From an uncultured Flavobacteriaceae bacterium (lineage in GTDB: Bacteria; Bacteroidota; Bacteroidia; Flavobacteriales; Flavobacteriaceae): 64,000 bases of DNA. Below are positions 38,258 through 47,888 of the stretch, in pieces. The notes under the pieces were generated by a model. The model did no database searches. It saw only the letters and a program-made list of their open reading frames with translations, and had not been told where the DNA came from. Location: NCBI GenBank assembly GCA_965601625.1, contig CBFCWO010000006.1:2101-66100 (forward strand), in the 5' to 3' direction. The position numbers were made by a program, and so were the translations under genes. Numbering within the stretch: the first letter of the stretch is position 1; each line of letters starts with the position of its first letter.

Positions 38258-39667
38258 TTAAACTAATACTTCACTTAATAATTCCCTGGGATCTGTAACC
38301 ACACCCGTTACTGCTGCCGCAGCTGCGACAAGTGGACTGGCTAAAAGGGTTCTGGCCCCGGGGCCCTGACGACCTTCAAAATTGCGATTGGAGGTGCTGA
38401 CGGCGTATTTACCGGCCGGGATCTTATCATCGTTCATGGCAAGGCAGGCGGAACATCCGGGTTCACGAAGCTCAAAACCGGCCTCTTGCAGTATATCCAG
38501 TATTCCTTCTTCCCGCACCGATTGTTCTACCTTGTGGGACCCCGGCACCAGCCATGCGGTCACGTGTGGCGCTTTTTTGCGCCCCTTGACGATACTGGCA
38601 AAGGCCCTGAAATCCTCAATCCGGCCATTGGTACAGCTTCCCAGGAAAACAAAATCGATCTTCTTGCCCAGCATGGTTTCCCCTTCATGGAAATCCATAT
38701 AATCAAGGGATTTACGGTAAGTGGAAACGCCGCCTTCCACCTGGTCGGCATGCGGTATTGACCCGTTGATCCCAACCCCCATTCCCGGGTTGGTCCCGTA
38801 GGTTATCATGGGGGCGATTTTATTCCCGTCAAACACGACGTCCTTGTCGAATTCAGCTTCCGGATCTGAGAAAAGGGTTTTCCAGTATTCCATCGTTCGA
38901 TCCCATGCTTCGCCTTTGGGGGCAAATTCCCTTCCCTTGATATAGTCAAAGGTCTTCTCGTCCGGAGCGATCATACCCCCCCGGGCTCCCATTTCGATAC
39001 TGAGGTTGCATACCGTCATTCTTCCTTCCATACTCATATCACGGAATACCTGGCCTGCGTACTCGACAAAATAGCCCGTGGCCCCTGAGGTGGAAAGCTG
39101 TGATATGATAAACAGGGCGACATCCTTTGGTGTGACTCCTGCACTTAATTCCCCATCTATTGTTATTCGCATCCTTTTGGGCTTTGGCTGCATAATACAC
39201 TGGGAAGCCAGAACCATCTCCACTTCTGACGTTCCGATCCCAAATGCGATAGCCCCAAACGCCCCATGGGTGGAGGTATGGGAATCTCCGCACACGATCG
39301 TAGCTCCCGGTAGGGTGATCCCGTTCTCGGGCCCGATCACATGGACGATGCCGTTTTTTTCATGCCCCAGCCCCCAATACGGGATACCGTGCTGGTTTGC
39401 GTTTTGTTCCAGTGCCTTTAGCTGGTTGGCGGAGAGGGGGTCCTGTACGGGCAAATGCTGGTTTCGGGTGGGGGTGTTGTGATCTGCCGTGGCGAAGGTT
39501 CGCCCAGGGTAGAGGACCGGAATGTTTCGCTGCTTCAACCCGAGAAAGGCTACCGGACTGGTAACCTCATGGACCAGGTGACGATCAATAAAAAGGACAT
39601 CGGGTCCATTTTCTACCTTACGTACTACATGTGAATCCCAAACTTTGTCAAAAAGGGTTTTATGCAT
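38258..39667 (-). CDS. leuC: 3-isopropylmalate dehydratase large subunit
   Basis: '[10 protein letters not shown]', '[13 protein letters not shown]', '[10 protein letters not shown]', 'GCSACL' and '[12 protein letters not shown]'. The start is placed at MHKTLF. Confidence 0.98.
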   Translation of the reverse strand: MHKTLFDKVWDSHVVRKVENGPDVLFIDRHLVHEVTSPVAFLGLKQRNIPVLYPGRTFATADHNTPTRNQHLPVQDPLSANQLKALEQNANQHGIPYWGLGHEKNGIVHVIGPENGITLPGATIVCGDSHTSTHGAFGAIAFGIGTSEVEMVLASQCIMQPKPKRMRITIDGELSAGVTPKDVALFIISQLSTSGATGYFVEYAGQVFRDMSMEGRMTVCNLSIEMGARGGMIAPDEKTFDYIKGREFAPKGEAWDRTMEYWKTLFSDPEAEFDKDVVFDGNKIAPMITYGTNPGMGVGINGSIPHADQVEGGVSTYRKSLDYMDFHEGETMLGKKIDFVFLGSCTNGRIEDFRAFASIVKGRKKAPHVTAWLVPGSHKVEQSVREEGILDILQEAGFELREPGCSACLAMNDDKIPAGKYAVSTSNRNFEGRQGPGARTLLASPLVAAAAAVTGVVTDPRELLSEVLV

Positions 39668-39703
39668 GATGATCAATCATTTTCCATTTAAAAATCCAAC
39701 GGA

Positions 39704-39711
39704 CAAAACTA
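39704..39711 (-). promoter_or_regulatory. Sigma-A -7 element upstream of leuC
   Basis: Minus-strand TAGTTTTG (TAnnTTTG) 36 nt upstream of the ATG, with a T-run 19 nt further upstream. Confidence 0.45.
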
Positions 39712-39888
39712 GTAATGATCCTTCCGGGCGAAAAAAGGAATGAAAACAAATTACGATGTCCAAAAGGGGTATGGAAGAAACCTGCTGATGTAATCCCCGG
39801 GTCTTTCGGGAGCCTTAAACCTTCAGACCCTTTGTCGTAAAGGCCTTCGCGCAAAAACAAGGCCTTAATAACAGTCTCCTATCAGACC

Positions 39889-41994
39889 TTAGCTGATATG
39901 ATCCCAGATATTTCTGAAGACGTCCATCTGCAGCATATTATCCCGCACCATCCTGTGCTTCTTATCGGTGAGGCCCGGATCTTCCTTCAGGAGCATGGCT
40001 GCATAGTGTCTTGCAGTACTTAGGATATCCCGGTCTTTGACCACGTCGGCGATCCTGAGGTTCAGCAATCCGCTTTGTTGGGTTCCCATGAGATCCCCGG
40101 GACCCCTGAGCTTGAGATCTGTCTCGGCGATCTCAAAACCGTCGTTGGTCCGAACCATGGTCTGTAGGCGGGTCTGGGCATCTTCAGAGAGCTTGGTACC
40201 ACTGATCAGGATACAGAAACTCTGTTCACCTCCGCGTCCCACCCGGCCGCGAAGCTGATGGAGCTGCGAGAGGCCAAATCGCTCGGCGCTTTCAATCACC
40301 ATCACCGTGGCATTCGGGACATTTACACCTACCTCGATCACTGTAGTGGCGACCATGATCTGGGTTTTTCCAGCTGCAAACCGCTGCATTTCAAACTCCT
40401 TGTCCTGGGACTTCATCTTCCCATGGACGATGGAAATCTGGTACTCGGGGGTGGGAAATTCACGGCTGATGCTTTCATACCCGTCCATAAGATCCTTGTA
40501 ATCCAATGCCTCGGATTCCTGGATCAGCGGGTAGACCACATATACCTGCCGCCCCTTTGCAATTTCCTCCCTGAGAAATCCAAATACCCGTAACCGATCC
40601 GAATCCCTTCGGTGCACTGTCCTGACCGGTTTACGTCCCGGGGGCAATTCATCGATCACACTGATGTCTAAGTCCCCGTAAAGGCTCATGGCCAGGGTCC
40701 GGGGGATGGGGGTGGCCGTCATGACCAGAATATGGGGGGGGACCTGGTTTTTTTTCCACATCCGTGCCCGCTGGGCTACCCCAAACCTGTGCTGTTCGTC
40801 AATGATGGCCAGACCCAGGTTCTCAAAGCGCACCTGTTCCTCAAATACGGCATGGGTACCTACCAGGATAGGGAGGTCCCCCGATTGCAGCCCTTCATGT
40901 ATGGGCTTTCGATCCCGCTTTTTAACGGACCCGGTCAGCAGGGCCACGCCAATTCCCATGGGTTGCAACAGGGCGTGTACGGACTGATAGTGCTGTTGGG
41001 CAAGGATTTCTGTAGGGGCTACAAGGCAGGCCTGATACCCATTATCCAGGGCTAAAAGCATGGTCATCACTGCCACAATGGTCTTCCCGGACCCTACATC
41101 CCCCTGTAACAATCGGTTCATCTGGGCATGACTCCCAAGGTCTGCCCGAATTTCTTTCATCACCCTTTTCTGTGCCCCGGTGAGTTCAAACGGGAGGTGC
41201 TGGTTGTAAAACGCATTGAATTTCGAACCCACGGCTTCAAAGAGCAGTCCTTTGATCCGGGTTTTACGCTGCATTTTCTTGCTGAGCAGTGCAAGCTGAA
41301 TGTAATAGAATTCTTCGAACTTCAGCCTAAAGCGGGCACGGGCCAGGGACTGTTGGGAATCTGGAAAATGGATCTGTTCCAAAGCTTTTTGCTTCCCCAT
41401 CAAGTGCAGGCTCTCACAGAGTTCCCCTGGCAGTGTTTCCCGAACAAGGCCATCCGTTTCAGTAAGGATCTTCTGTACCCACTGCGATAAGAGGCGGTTG
41501 GTAATGCCATTCTGGCCGAGTTTTTCCGTAGAGGGGTACACCGGCTGCATTTTAATGCGCTTTTGTTCTTTGAATTTGCCAGCCAGTTCCATTTCAGGAT
41601 GCGGCATGGAAAACTTGCCATTGAACCAGTTGGCACGTCCAAAAACGACATAGGGCTCATTGAGCTTAAGGCGCTCACGGAACCATTGCTGGGCTCTGAA
41701 CCATACGAGTTCCATTTCCCCTGTATCGTCCACAAAGGTGGCGACCAGGCGCTTTCCCCTTTTTTGGGCCACAGTCTTCAGGTGAACAATCCTGCCGATG
41801 ATCTGTACGTCAGAATGACTTCGTTCCAGTTCAGCTATTTTGTAAAACCGCGTTTTATCGATGTATCGGTTTGGAAAGTGGAACAGCAGGTCCCAGTAGG
41901 TCCCGATCCCCAGCTCACGAGACAGGAGGCTGGCCCTTCCGGGGCCTACCCCTTTCATATACGTTATGGGTGTGCTAAGCTTGTCGGATTGCAT
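39889..41994 (-). CDS. recG: ATP-dependent DNA helicase RecG
   Basis: 'KGVGP', 'LQGDVGSGKT', 'IDEQHRFG', 'MTATPIPRTL', 'QLHQLRGRVGRG' and 'DLKLRGPG'. Confidence 0.98.
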   Translation of the reverse strand: MQSDKLSTPITYMKGVGPGRASLLSRELGIGTYWDLLFHFPNRYIDKTRFYKIAELERSHSDVQIIGRIVHLKTVAQKRGKRLVATFVDDTGEMELVWFRAQQWFRERLKLNEPYVVFGRANWFNGKFSMPHPEMELAGKFKEQKRIKMQPVYPSTEKLGQNGITNRLLSQWVQKILTETDGLVRETLPGELCESLHLMGKQKALEQIHFPDSQQSLARARFRLKFEEFYYIQLALLSKKMQRKTRIKGLLFEAVGSKFNAFYNQHLPFELTGAQKRVMKEIRADLGSHAQMNRLLQGDVGSGKTIVAVMTMLLALDNGYQACLVAPTEILAQQHYQSVHALLQPMGIGVALLTGSVKKRDRKPIHEGLQSGDLPILVGTHAVFEEQVRFENLGLAIIDEQHRFGVAQRARMWKKNQVPPHILVMTATPIPRTLAMSLYGDLDISVIDELPPGRKPVRTVHRRDSDRLRVFGFLREEIAKGRQVYVVYPLIQESEALDYKDLMDGYESISREFPTPEYQISIVHGKMKSQDKEFEMQRFAAGKTQIMVATTVIEVGVNVPNATVMVIESAERFGLSQLHQLRGRVGRGGEQSFCILISGTKLSEDAQTRLQTMVRTNDGFEIAETDLKLRGPGDLMGTQQSGLLNLRIADVVKDRDILSTARHYAAMLLKEDPGLTDKKHRMVRDNMLQMDVFRNIWDHIS

Positions 41995-41998
41995 CGAT

Positions 41999-42029
41999 CT
42001 AATTTACATCGATCCATATGGACCTGCAA
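41999..42029 (-). promoter_or_regulatory. Sigma-A-like promoter of recG
   Basis: Minus strand TTG-N20-TAAATTAG (one mismatch to TAnnTTTG), ending 4 nt before the ATG. Confidence 0.45.
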
Positions 42030-42042
42030 CCCGGTAAAGTAC

Positions 42043-42050
42043 TAAATTTG
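42043..42050 (+). promoter_or_regulatory. Sigma-A -7 element of the M1 peptidase gene
   Basis: TAAATTTG, a perfect TAnnTTTG match, 4 nt before ATG 42055. Confidence 0.45.
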
Positions 42051-42054
42051 AAAG

Positions 42055-44169
42055 ATGCGTTACCTGAACCCCTCCTGCATACCGAACCCCTGGCACCTGG
42101 CCGTGACTGTTTTCTTTGTCGTCATGGCCATGTATGCCGGGCAACCCCGGCCGGACTTTATCCGGGGTCATATCGAGGTCCGCCCGGACCCGTTTAAAAA
42201 AACCATATCGGGCCAGGTACATTATTCCCTTATTGCGGAACACCCGCTGGACAGTATTTCTTTGGATGCCCAAAACATGCGCTACCAAAAGGTGGAGCTC
42301 AACGGGTCCCCGGTGCAGTTCACGGCCACTTCTGAGCACTTGGTGCTTCAGGGACCCTTGCCGGCCGGTGAACACAAACTTTTGATCTCCTATGAGGCTT
42401 CTCCGGCTCAGGCCCTTTATTTTATCGGCTGGGAGGATGATATTGAGGGAAATGAACAAATCTGGACCCAGGGGCAGGGCAAGGGAAGCAGCCACTGGGT
42501 CCCGGTGGTGGAACGCATGGATGAAAAAGTTGAATTTGATCTTACGGTGCACATGGACAAGGCATATCAGGTGATCGCCAACGGCACCCTGTCCGATAAG
42601 ACCATGGAGGATGGCCTGGTGCGTTGGGATTTCAATATGGACCATCCTATGAGCAGCTACCTCCTGGCATTCGCCGTGGGCAGTTTTGATCATTTGGAAG
42701 ACGCTTCCTCCTCCGGGGTGCCTCTGAAATTATACTTCCCTGCAGGGGAGCTGGAAAAGGCACGATGGACGTATCGCTTCAGTCGGGAAATTTTTGATCT
42801 TCTGGAGAAGGATATCGGCCTGCCCTATCCCTGGGGGGATTACAAACAGGTTCCGGTTTCCGATTTCCTGTATGCCGGGATGGAAAATACGGGAGCCACA
42901 TTTTTTGCGGATCGATATTTCGTGGATTCCATTGGATTCCAGGATGAGAATTATATCAATATCAATGCACATGAGCTTGCCCACCAGTGGTTCGGAAACC
43001 TGGTCACTGAAAAGGATGCCTCCCATCACTGGCTTCATGAAGGTTTCGCTACATTTTATGCCTACCGGGCGGAAGCATGGCTAATAGGTGAAACCCATGT
43101 GTTCTGGAAACTCTTTGATACCGCCATGGCGCTTTCAGAAATGAATGCGAAAGGCCAGGGGGAATCCCTGATCGATCCAAAGGCCAGTAGTCTAACCTTC
43201 TATGAGAAAGGGGCATGGGCTTTATTGATTTTACAGGAAGAGGTAGGCGAGGCGGCCTTCAAAAAAGGCGTTCAGGAATTTCTTACGACCTATTCCTTCG
43301 GAAGTGCCACCGTGGAGGACTTTCTGAAAGTGATGCAAGTTGCGTCTGGCAAATCCCTGTCAGATTTTCGACAGACCTGGCTGGAAGCACCTACATTCCC
43401 GCAGGAAACAGCTCTTGGATATCTCAGCAGGCGTGACGCTTCCATAAGGGCCTTTCAGGAGCTCCGGCAGCGGGAGGAATCAGGTCCTGTGATGGACGCT
43501 ACTGCCCTGAAGCAGGCTTGGGACGCCCATAAGGTGCCTGAATACCGTGAACACTTAATTCATACTTACAGGGATCTGGTACCCCGCCCCTTGCTGGAAC
43601 ACATGTTTGAAACATGCGACCTGCCGGTTTGCAAGGCCTTGCTGTCCACCACCCCTGAATTGGAAGCCTGGATGATCCCCCCTGTTGCAGCATGGCTGGA
43701 TGCCCCGAGCTATGACCTTCGGGAAGCGGCCCTATTCAGGTTATGGGTAGCCAATCCTGAGGCAAGGCAGCAATACCTGCAGCGCATAGCTGAAAACGGC
43801 AGTTTATCTGACATCAGGTTGCAGCAATTGTGGTGGCTCCTTTCGGCATTTACGGACCCGCAGACGGACCCTGAATTGAAGCAAACCTATTGGGAAGCAC
43901 TCAGAAGGACCACCGGACCGGGTTATTCCTGGGAAATAAGACAGAATGGATTTGCCATGCTCTACGAGGTGCGCGGCCTGGATACCCGGAATGTCAGGGA
44001 CCTGATCCAATCTACGGAACACCATAGCTGGCAATACCGAAAATTCGCCCGGGATCTTTTTGAAAGGATCCTTGAAGAAACCGAAAACCGGGAGGCGCTT
44101 TGGGGGATCATCAGATCCTTTCCCAGGGCGGCTTATGGGTTTGTCTACACAAAAATGGAGGAATCATGA
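42055..44169 (+). CDS. M1 family zinc aminopeptidase, secreted
   Basis: 'AGMEN' (GAMEN-like), 'HELAHQWFG' + 'WLHEGF' (HExxH...E) and 'YEKGA'. Confidence 0.92.
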   Translation: MRYLNPSCIPNPWHLAVTVFFVVMAMYAGQPRPDFIRGHIEVRPDPFKKTISGQVHYSLIAEHPLDSISLDAQNMRYQKVELNGSPVQFTATSEHLVLQGPLPAGEHKLLISYEASPAQALYFIGWEDDIEGNEQIWTQGQGKGSSHWVPVVERMDEKVEFDLTVHMDKAYQVIANGTLSDKTMEDGLVRWDFNMDHPMSSYLLAFAVGSFDHLEDASSSGVPLKLYFPAGELEKARWTYRFSREIFDLLEKDIGLPYPWGDYKQVPVSDFLYAGMENTGATFFADRYFVDSIGFQDENYININAHELAHQWFGNLVTEKDASHHWLHEGFATFYAYRAEAWLIGETHVFWKLFDTAMALSEMNAKGQGESLIDPKASSLTFYEKGAWALLILQEEVGEAAFKKGVQEFLTTYSFGSATVEDFLKVMQVASGKSLSDFRQTWLEAPTFPQETALGYLSRRDASIRAFQELRQREESGPVMDATALKQAWDAHKVPEYREHLIHTYRDLVPRPLLEHMFETCDLPVCKALLSTTPELEAWMIPPVAAWLDAPSYDLREAALFRLWVANPEARQQYLQRIAENGSLSDIRLQQLWWLLSAFTDPQTDPELKQTYWEALRRTTGPGYSWEIRQNGFAMLYEVRGLDTRNVRDLIQSTEHHSWQYRKFARDLFERILEETENREALWGIIRSFPRAAYGFVYTKMEES

Positions 44170-45071
44170 AAGCGCTGGTTATTTCAGGAGGGGGGAGCAA
44201 GGGTGCCTTTGCAGGCGGGGTGGCTCAATACCTCCTGGAGGAAAGGCAAAAACAATACGACCTGTTCCTGGGCACTTCAACAGGGAGTTTGCTGATTACC
44301 CACCTGGCGCTGAAAAAAATTGCAAAGATCAGGAAGGTCTATACTTCGGTAACGCAAAACAGCATTTTCAGCAACTGTCCTTTTACCATCCAGCGCAAAT
44401 ACGGCATCGCGACGATCGGCATCAATCACTGGAACGTGTTGCGGAATTTCATCCGTGGGAGCAATACCTTCGGTGAGAGCCATAATTTGCTAACGCTCAT
44501 CCGGGAAACCATTACGCCAGAGGAATTCCGGGCTATTCAGGAATCCCCTGTAAAACTTTTGGTAACCGTGTCGAATCTTTCCCTAAATCGGGTAGAGTAC
44601 AAATCCATCGATAAATGCAGTTACGATGATTTTTGTGAATGGGTGTGGATCTCCTGCAACTATATTCCCTTTATGAGCCTGGTGCGCAAAAATGGATGTG
44701 AATATGCAGACGGGGGCCTTGGGAGCATGGTACCAATAGAGGAGGCGATCGATCGGGGAGCGCGGGAGGTCGATGCCATCATCCTCCACACGGAAGTCTC
44801 ACACCTAAACCGGATGCCTTCCCGAAACCCTTTTTCCATGCTTACGAACATGTTCGGCTTTATGCTGGACCGCATTGAAGAGCAGAACATCAAGATTGGC
44901 AAGTTCACGGCCAATCATCACGGGGCCATCATAAATTTCTATTATACCCCCACCATCCTCACCACCAACTCCCTTGTTTTTGACAGGGATCAGATGACCA
45001 AATGGTGGAAAAGCGGATTTCTCTATGCCGCATCCCGCAGTGAGGAAAGCAGTGAACTGGAGCTCGACTAG
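44166..45071 (+). CDS. Patatin-like phospholipase
   Basis: 'GGGSKG', 'GTSTG' and 'DGG'. ATGA overlap with the M1 peptidase places the start at 44166. Confidence 0.92.
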   Translation: MKALVISGGGSKGAFAGGVAQYLLEERQKQYDLFLGTSTGSLLITHLALKKIAKIRKVYTSVTQNSIFSNCPFTIQRKYGIATIGINHWNVLRNFIRGSNTFGESHNLLTLIRETITPEEFRAIQESPVKLLVTVSNLSLNRVEYKSIDKCSYDDFCEWVWISCNYIPFMSLVRKNGCEYADGGLGSMVPIEEAIDRGAREVDAIILHTEVSHLNRMPSRNPFSMLTNMFGFMLDRIEEQNIKIGKFTANHHGAIINFYYTPTILTTNSLVFDRDQMTKWWKSGFLYAASRSEESSELELD

Positions 45072-45074
45072 TCC

Positions 45075-45593
45075 CTACCAAAGGGCTCCGATTTCCTTTT
45101 TTACATAGGAAAGAGCCGTTGCCGAGGGGGAGGCTTTCTCCATCGTATCGCTCAGGAGGTCTTCCCGCAGCTTATCCGCACTGTCGGATTCACTCATTGA
45201 AGTTTTGCGGATGGCCTGTATGGTAGCATTTTTGGCAGCCTTGATTACATTCCAGCATTCATCCGTCATATAGATTTGCTGGGAAAGATTATGCTCAAAC
45301 TCATTTTCGATATTGCGGATAAGCAGGTTCTCGTATTCCGTTTTATCTGCCGATTTCGGCCCAACGCGCACTACAAGGTTGGTGATGGAAATGCGCTCCA
45401 GGAAAAGGGCCATACGCTCATAGGCCTGGAGGCGGATGGGCAAAGTGTCTTTTTGGGTGTCCTGGTGCAGGAGGTATCGTCTTCTGCCTTCTTCATTGCG
45501 GGTATGCAATCTGAAAAAATAAAAGGCCACTACTCCGGTAACCACCGCTGGAAGGAGATAGGCAAAGAGTTGAAGGATGTCTGCTCCGCTCAT
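45075..45593 (-). CDS. Conserved hypothetical protein with a single N-terminal TM helix
   Basis: 172 aa clean ORF with one TM followed by 'LRLQAYERMALFLERI'-like 'IRLQAYERMALFLERI' and 'EFEHNLSQQIY'. Confidence 0.75.
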   Translation of the reverse strand: MSGADILQLFAYLLPAVVTGVVAFYFFRLHTRNEEGRRRYLLHQDTQKDTLPIRLQAYERMALFLERISITNLVVRVGPKSADKTEYENLLIRNIENEFEHNLSQQIYMTDECWNVIKAAKNATIQAIRKTSMSESDSADKLREDLLSDTMEKASPSATALSYVKKEIGALW

Positions 45594-45676
45594 TTAGGTT
45601 GGGTTTAGTTGGGTTTCGTCAAATTAAACGAAAGATACGATCAAAAAGTATCTGCTACCTGTGAGAACCTTTTCGC

Positions 45677-46468
45677 CTAGTTTTTGAACTCCGTTTTAAC
45701 ATACTGGTAGAACTTGCGGTAATCCGGATGCAGGAGGATATCCACGCCCTCACTGAAGTTTCCATCCCTTCCCCGTGCATACATACGGGTTTCGGGAATG
45801 CCGAAGTCGGTCCTCAGCGCATTCATGACCGAGGTGGCCTGTAGTGCGGCCAGATTGAGGTCCCCGGTCATGGACAATCCGTCCACGCTGATCCCAAAAT
45901 CCGGATAGGCTTTTAAAAGGTTCGCCACCCGATTGAGCCAGGCCTTCCCTTCTTCGGTGAGCTCAGTCCCGGTGTCACTTCCAAAAAGTTCCGTAAGGCC
46001 GCCAGAGATAACCAGGCTTCCTGCCGAGACCTTCAGCTGGGTGTTTGCGCCCAGGGTGCCTTTGGCATCGGTCAACAGGGCAATAATCGTAGAATCATTG
46101 CTGCTGATATTGTCCACGATGCCTTTTAACTGTTGTTCCCGGGCATTCAGCGACCCCAGTGCCTGATTCAGGGCTGCAGAATTCTTATTGGACACATCGG
46201 CAAAATTTCCCAGGTTCTCAAGCAGCGTATTGTTGGCTTCCTTGAGTTCATTTACCTGTTGCTCATATGATTCAGCCCTGGTCAGGCTCGCTTTCTCACT
46301 TGCCTGGGACTGCGCAAGGGAGTTCTGCAGCCCCCGGACTTGAGATTCCAAACTGTCGATCTGTTTGATTAGGTCGGATTTGCGCTGCCCAGCTACATTC
46401 ATGCTCGTAATAAGCAGTAGCAGGATCATGCACCAGGGCGTAGTAATGGGTAGGGTAGTTCTGATCAT
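45677..46468 (-). CDS. Secreted coiled-coil protein with a degenerate OmpA/MotB-like C-terminal domain
   Basis: Signal peptide and heptad-rich region. 'LF..GTELT..G..WL..VA', 'VDG' and 'ARG' align loosely with OmpA_C. Confidence 0.65.
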   Translation of the reverse strand: MIRTTLPITTPWCMILLLLITSMNVAGQRKSDLIKQIDSLESQVRGLQNSLAQSQASEKASLTRAESYEQQVNELKEANNTLLENLGNFADVSNKNSAALNQALGSLNAREQQLKGIVDNISSNDSTIIALLTDAKGTLGANTQLKVSAGSLVISGGLTELFGSDTGTELTEEGKAWLNRVANLLKAYPDFGISVDGLSMTGDLNLAALQATSVMNALRTDFGIPETRMYARGRDGNFSEGVDILLHPDYRKFYQYVKTEFKN

Positions 46469-46600
46469 GTGCCAAATGTAATTTTGGGCAAATATACACC
46501 GCTAAGCCCTAACCGGAAAGCCTGATGATCATACAGGTATATTCCAAAGCAATCAGCAGTGCGTCGCGTTTGATAAAAGGGAACCGTAAGGACGGGATTT

Positions 46601-47878
46601 CTAACCGCGACTAAGGTAATCCAGGCTGAGCTCCGTCAGGGCCTTCACGCCTAAGATCAGCCCATCCTCGTCGATCATAAAATCAGGGGTATGGTGTGGA
46701 TAAGGCTCCTTGTTCCCCGGAGTCATCCCTCCGAGGAAGAAGAAAAACCCAGGGACCTCCCGCTGGAAATAGGAAAAATCCTCTGCACCGGTAACCGCTT
46801 TCTGGGTCTGTACGTTTTCTTTTCCGGCGACCCGATCCAGGGTGGGAATCATGCCGGCCACCAAATCGGGATCATTGTAGGTAATGTCTGTGGCATCCCT
46901 GATCTCGATGCTGGCTTCTCCTCCATAAGCTTCGGCAATGGCGGGAACCATCTCCATCATCCTTTGGTTGATATGGTCTTTCATGTCATAATCCAGGGTT
47001 CTGATGGTTCCGATCATTTCAGCACTTTCCGGAATAATGTTAAACCGTACACCGCTTTTTATCTTGCCCACCGTAATCACGGCCGCTTCATTGGTCAGAT
47101 TAGCTTCCCGACTGATGATCGTTTGCAGGCCATCGATGATCTTTGCGCTGATCAGGATGGGGTCAACCCCGGACCATGGCTGCGATCCGTGACTTTGCTT
47201 TCCCTTTACCTTTATAGTGAAGCTCTGGGCAGCGGCCATGGTACCCCCTGACTTGTACCTGATCACCCCCACAGGGGTCTGGGAGTTGATATGCAGGCCG
47301 AAAATGGCATCTACATCGGGGTTTTTCAGAACCCCTTCTTTGACCATCAGGAGCGCACCACCTTCTTCTCCGGGGGGAGGCCCCTCCTCGGCAGGCTGGA
47401 AGATAAACTTCACGCTACCCCGGATCTTGTCTTTGTTCCTGGAGAGCACCTCGGCCACGCCCATAAGGATGGCGGTATGGGTGTCGTGCCCGCAGGCGTG
47501 CATCACCCCTACATTTTCACCCAGGAATTCAGCGGTGACCTCGGAACGGAAAGGCAAAGCATTTCGCTCGGCTACCGGCAGGGCATCGATGTCCGCTCTG
47601 AGGGCTACCACCTTGCCTGGTTGGGATCCCTTGAGGATTCCCACCACGCCCGTATGGGCAACCCCGGTTTGCACTTCTATCCCCAGGGAAGTCAGGTGGG
47701 CCGCAATTTTCTCTGCAGTTTTGAATTCGCGATTGGAAAGCTCCGGAAACTGGTGAATGTCACGCCTCCATTCGATCACTTTGGGTTCTACGGCCCGGTA
47801 GTCGGAGTCGAGCTTCCAGTCCTGGGCCGAAGCGGACAGTCCGGATAACAGTATTGCGGTAAAAAGGAATTTTTTCAT
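46601..47878 (-). CDS. M20D amidohydrolase (N-acyl-amino acid amidohydrolase-like), secreted
   Basis: 'RRDIHQFPELS', 'LRADIDALP', 'MHACGHD', 'FQPAEEG', 'AEDFS' and 'HHTP'. Confidence 0.92.
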   Translation of the reverse strand: MKKFLFTAILLSGLSASAQDWKLDSDYRAVEPKVIEWRRDIHQFPELSNREFKTAEKIAAHLTSLGIEVQTGVAHTGVVGILKGSQPGKVVALRADIDALPVAERNALPFRSEVTAEFLGENVGVMHACGHDTHTAILMGVAEVLSRNKDKIRGSVKFIFQPAEEGPPPGEEGGALLMVKEGVLKNPDVDAIFGLHINSQTPVGVIRYKSGGTMAAAQSFTIKVKGKQSHGSQPWSGVDPILISAKIIDGLQTIISREANLTNEAAVITVGKIKSGVRFNIIPESAEMIGTIRTLDYDMKDHINQRMMEMVPAIAEAYGGEASIEIRDATDITYNDPDLVAGMIPTLDRVAGKENVQTQKAVTGAEDFSYFQREVPGFFFFLGGMTPGNKEPYPHHTPDFMIDEDGLILGVKALTELSLDYLSRG

Positions 47879-47888
47879 GGTTCGAGAA

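Noticed and set aside
39660-39680. Mini-ORF MIDHHA overlapping the leuC start
   Set aside because: No Leu codons and no attenuator structure; likely chance.
39780-39888. Hairpins with CTGA and GAAA motifs after recG, suggestive of a hammerhead ribozyme or leu attenuator
   Set aside because: The core reads CTGAAGG or CTGATAG rather than CUGANGA, and the flanks pair in the wrong topology. There is no Leu-rich leader. At most this is a weak recG terminator.
45595-45616. Short direct repeat GTTGGGTTT x2
   Set aside because: Only two 9-nt copies with no spacers; not a CRISPR array or a meaningful tandem repeat.
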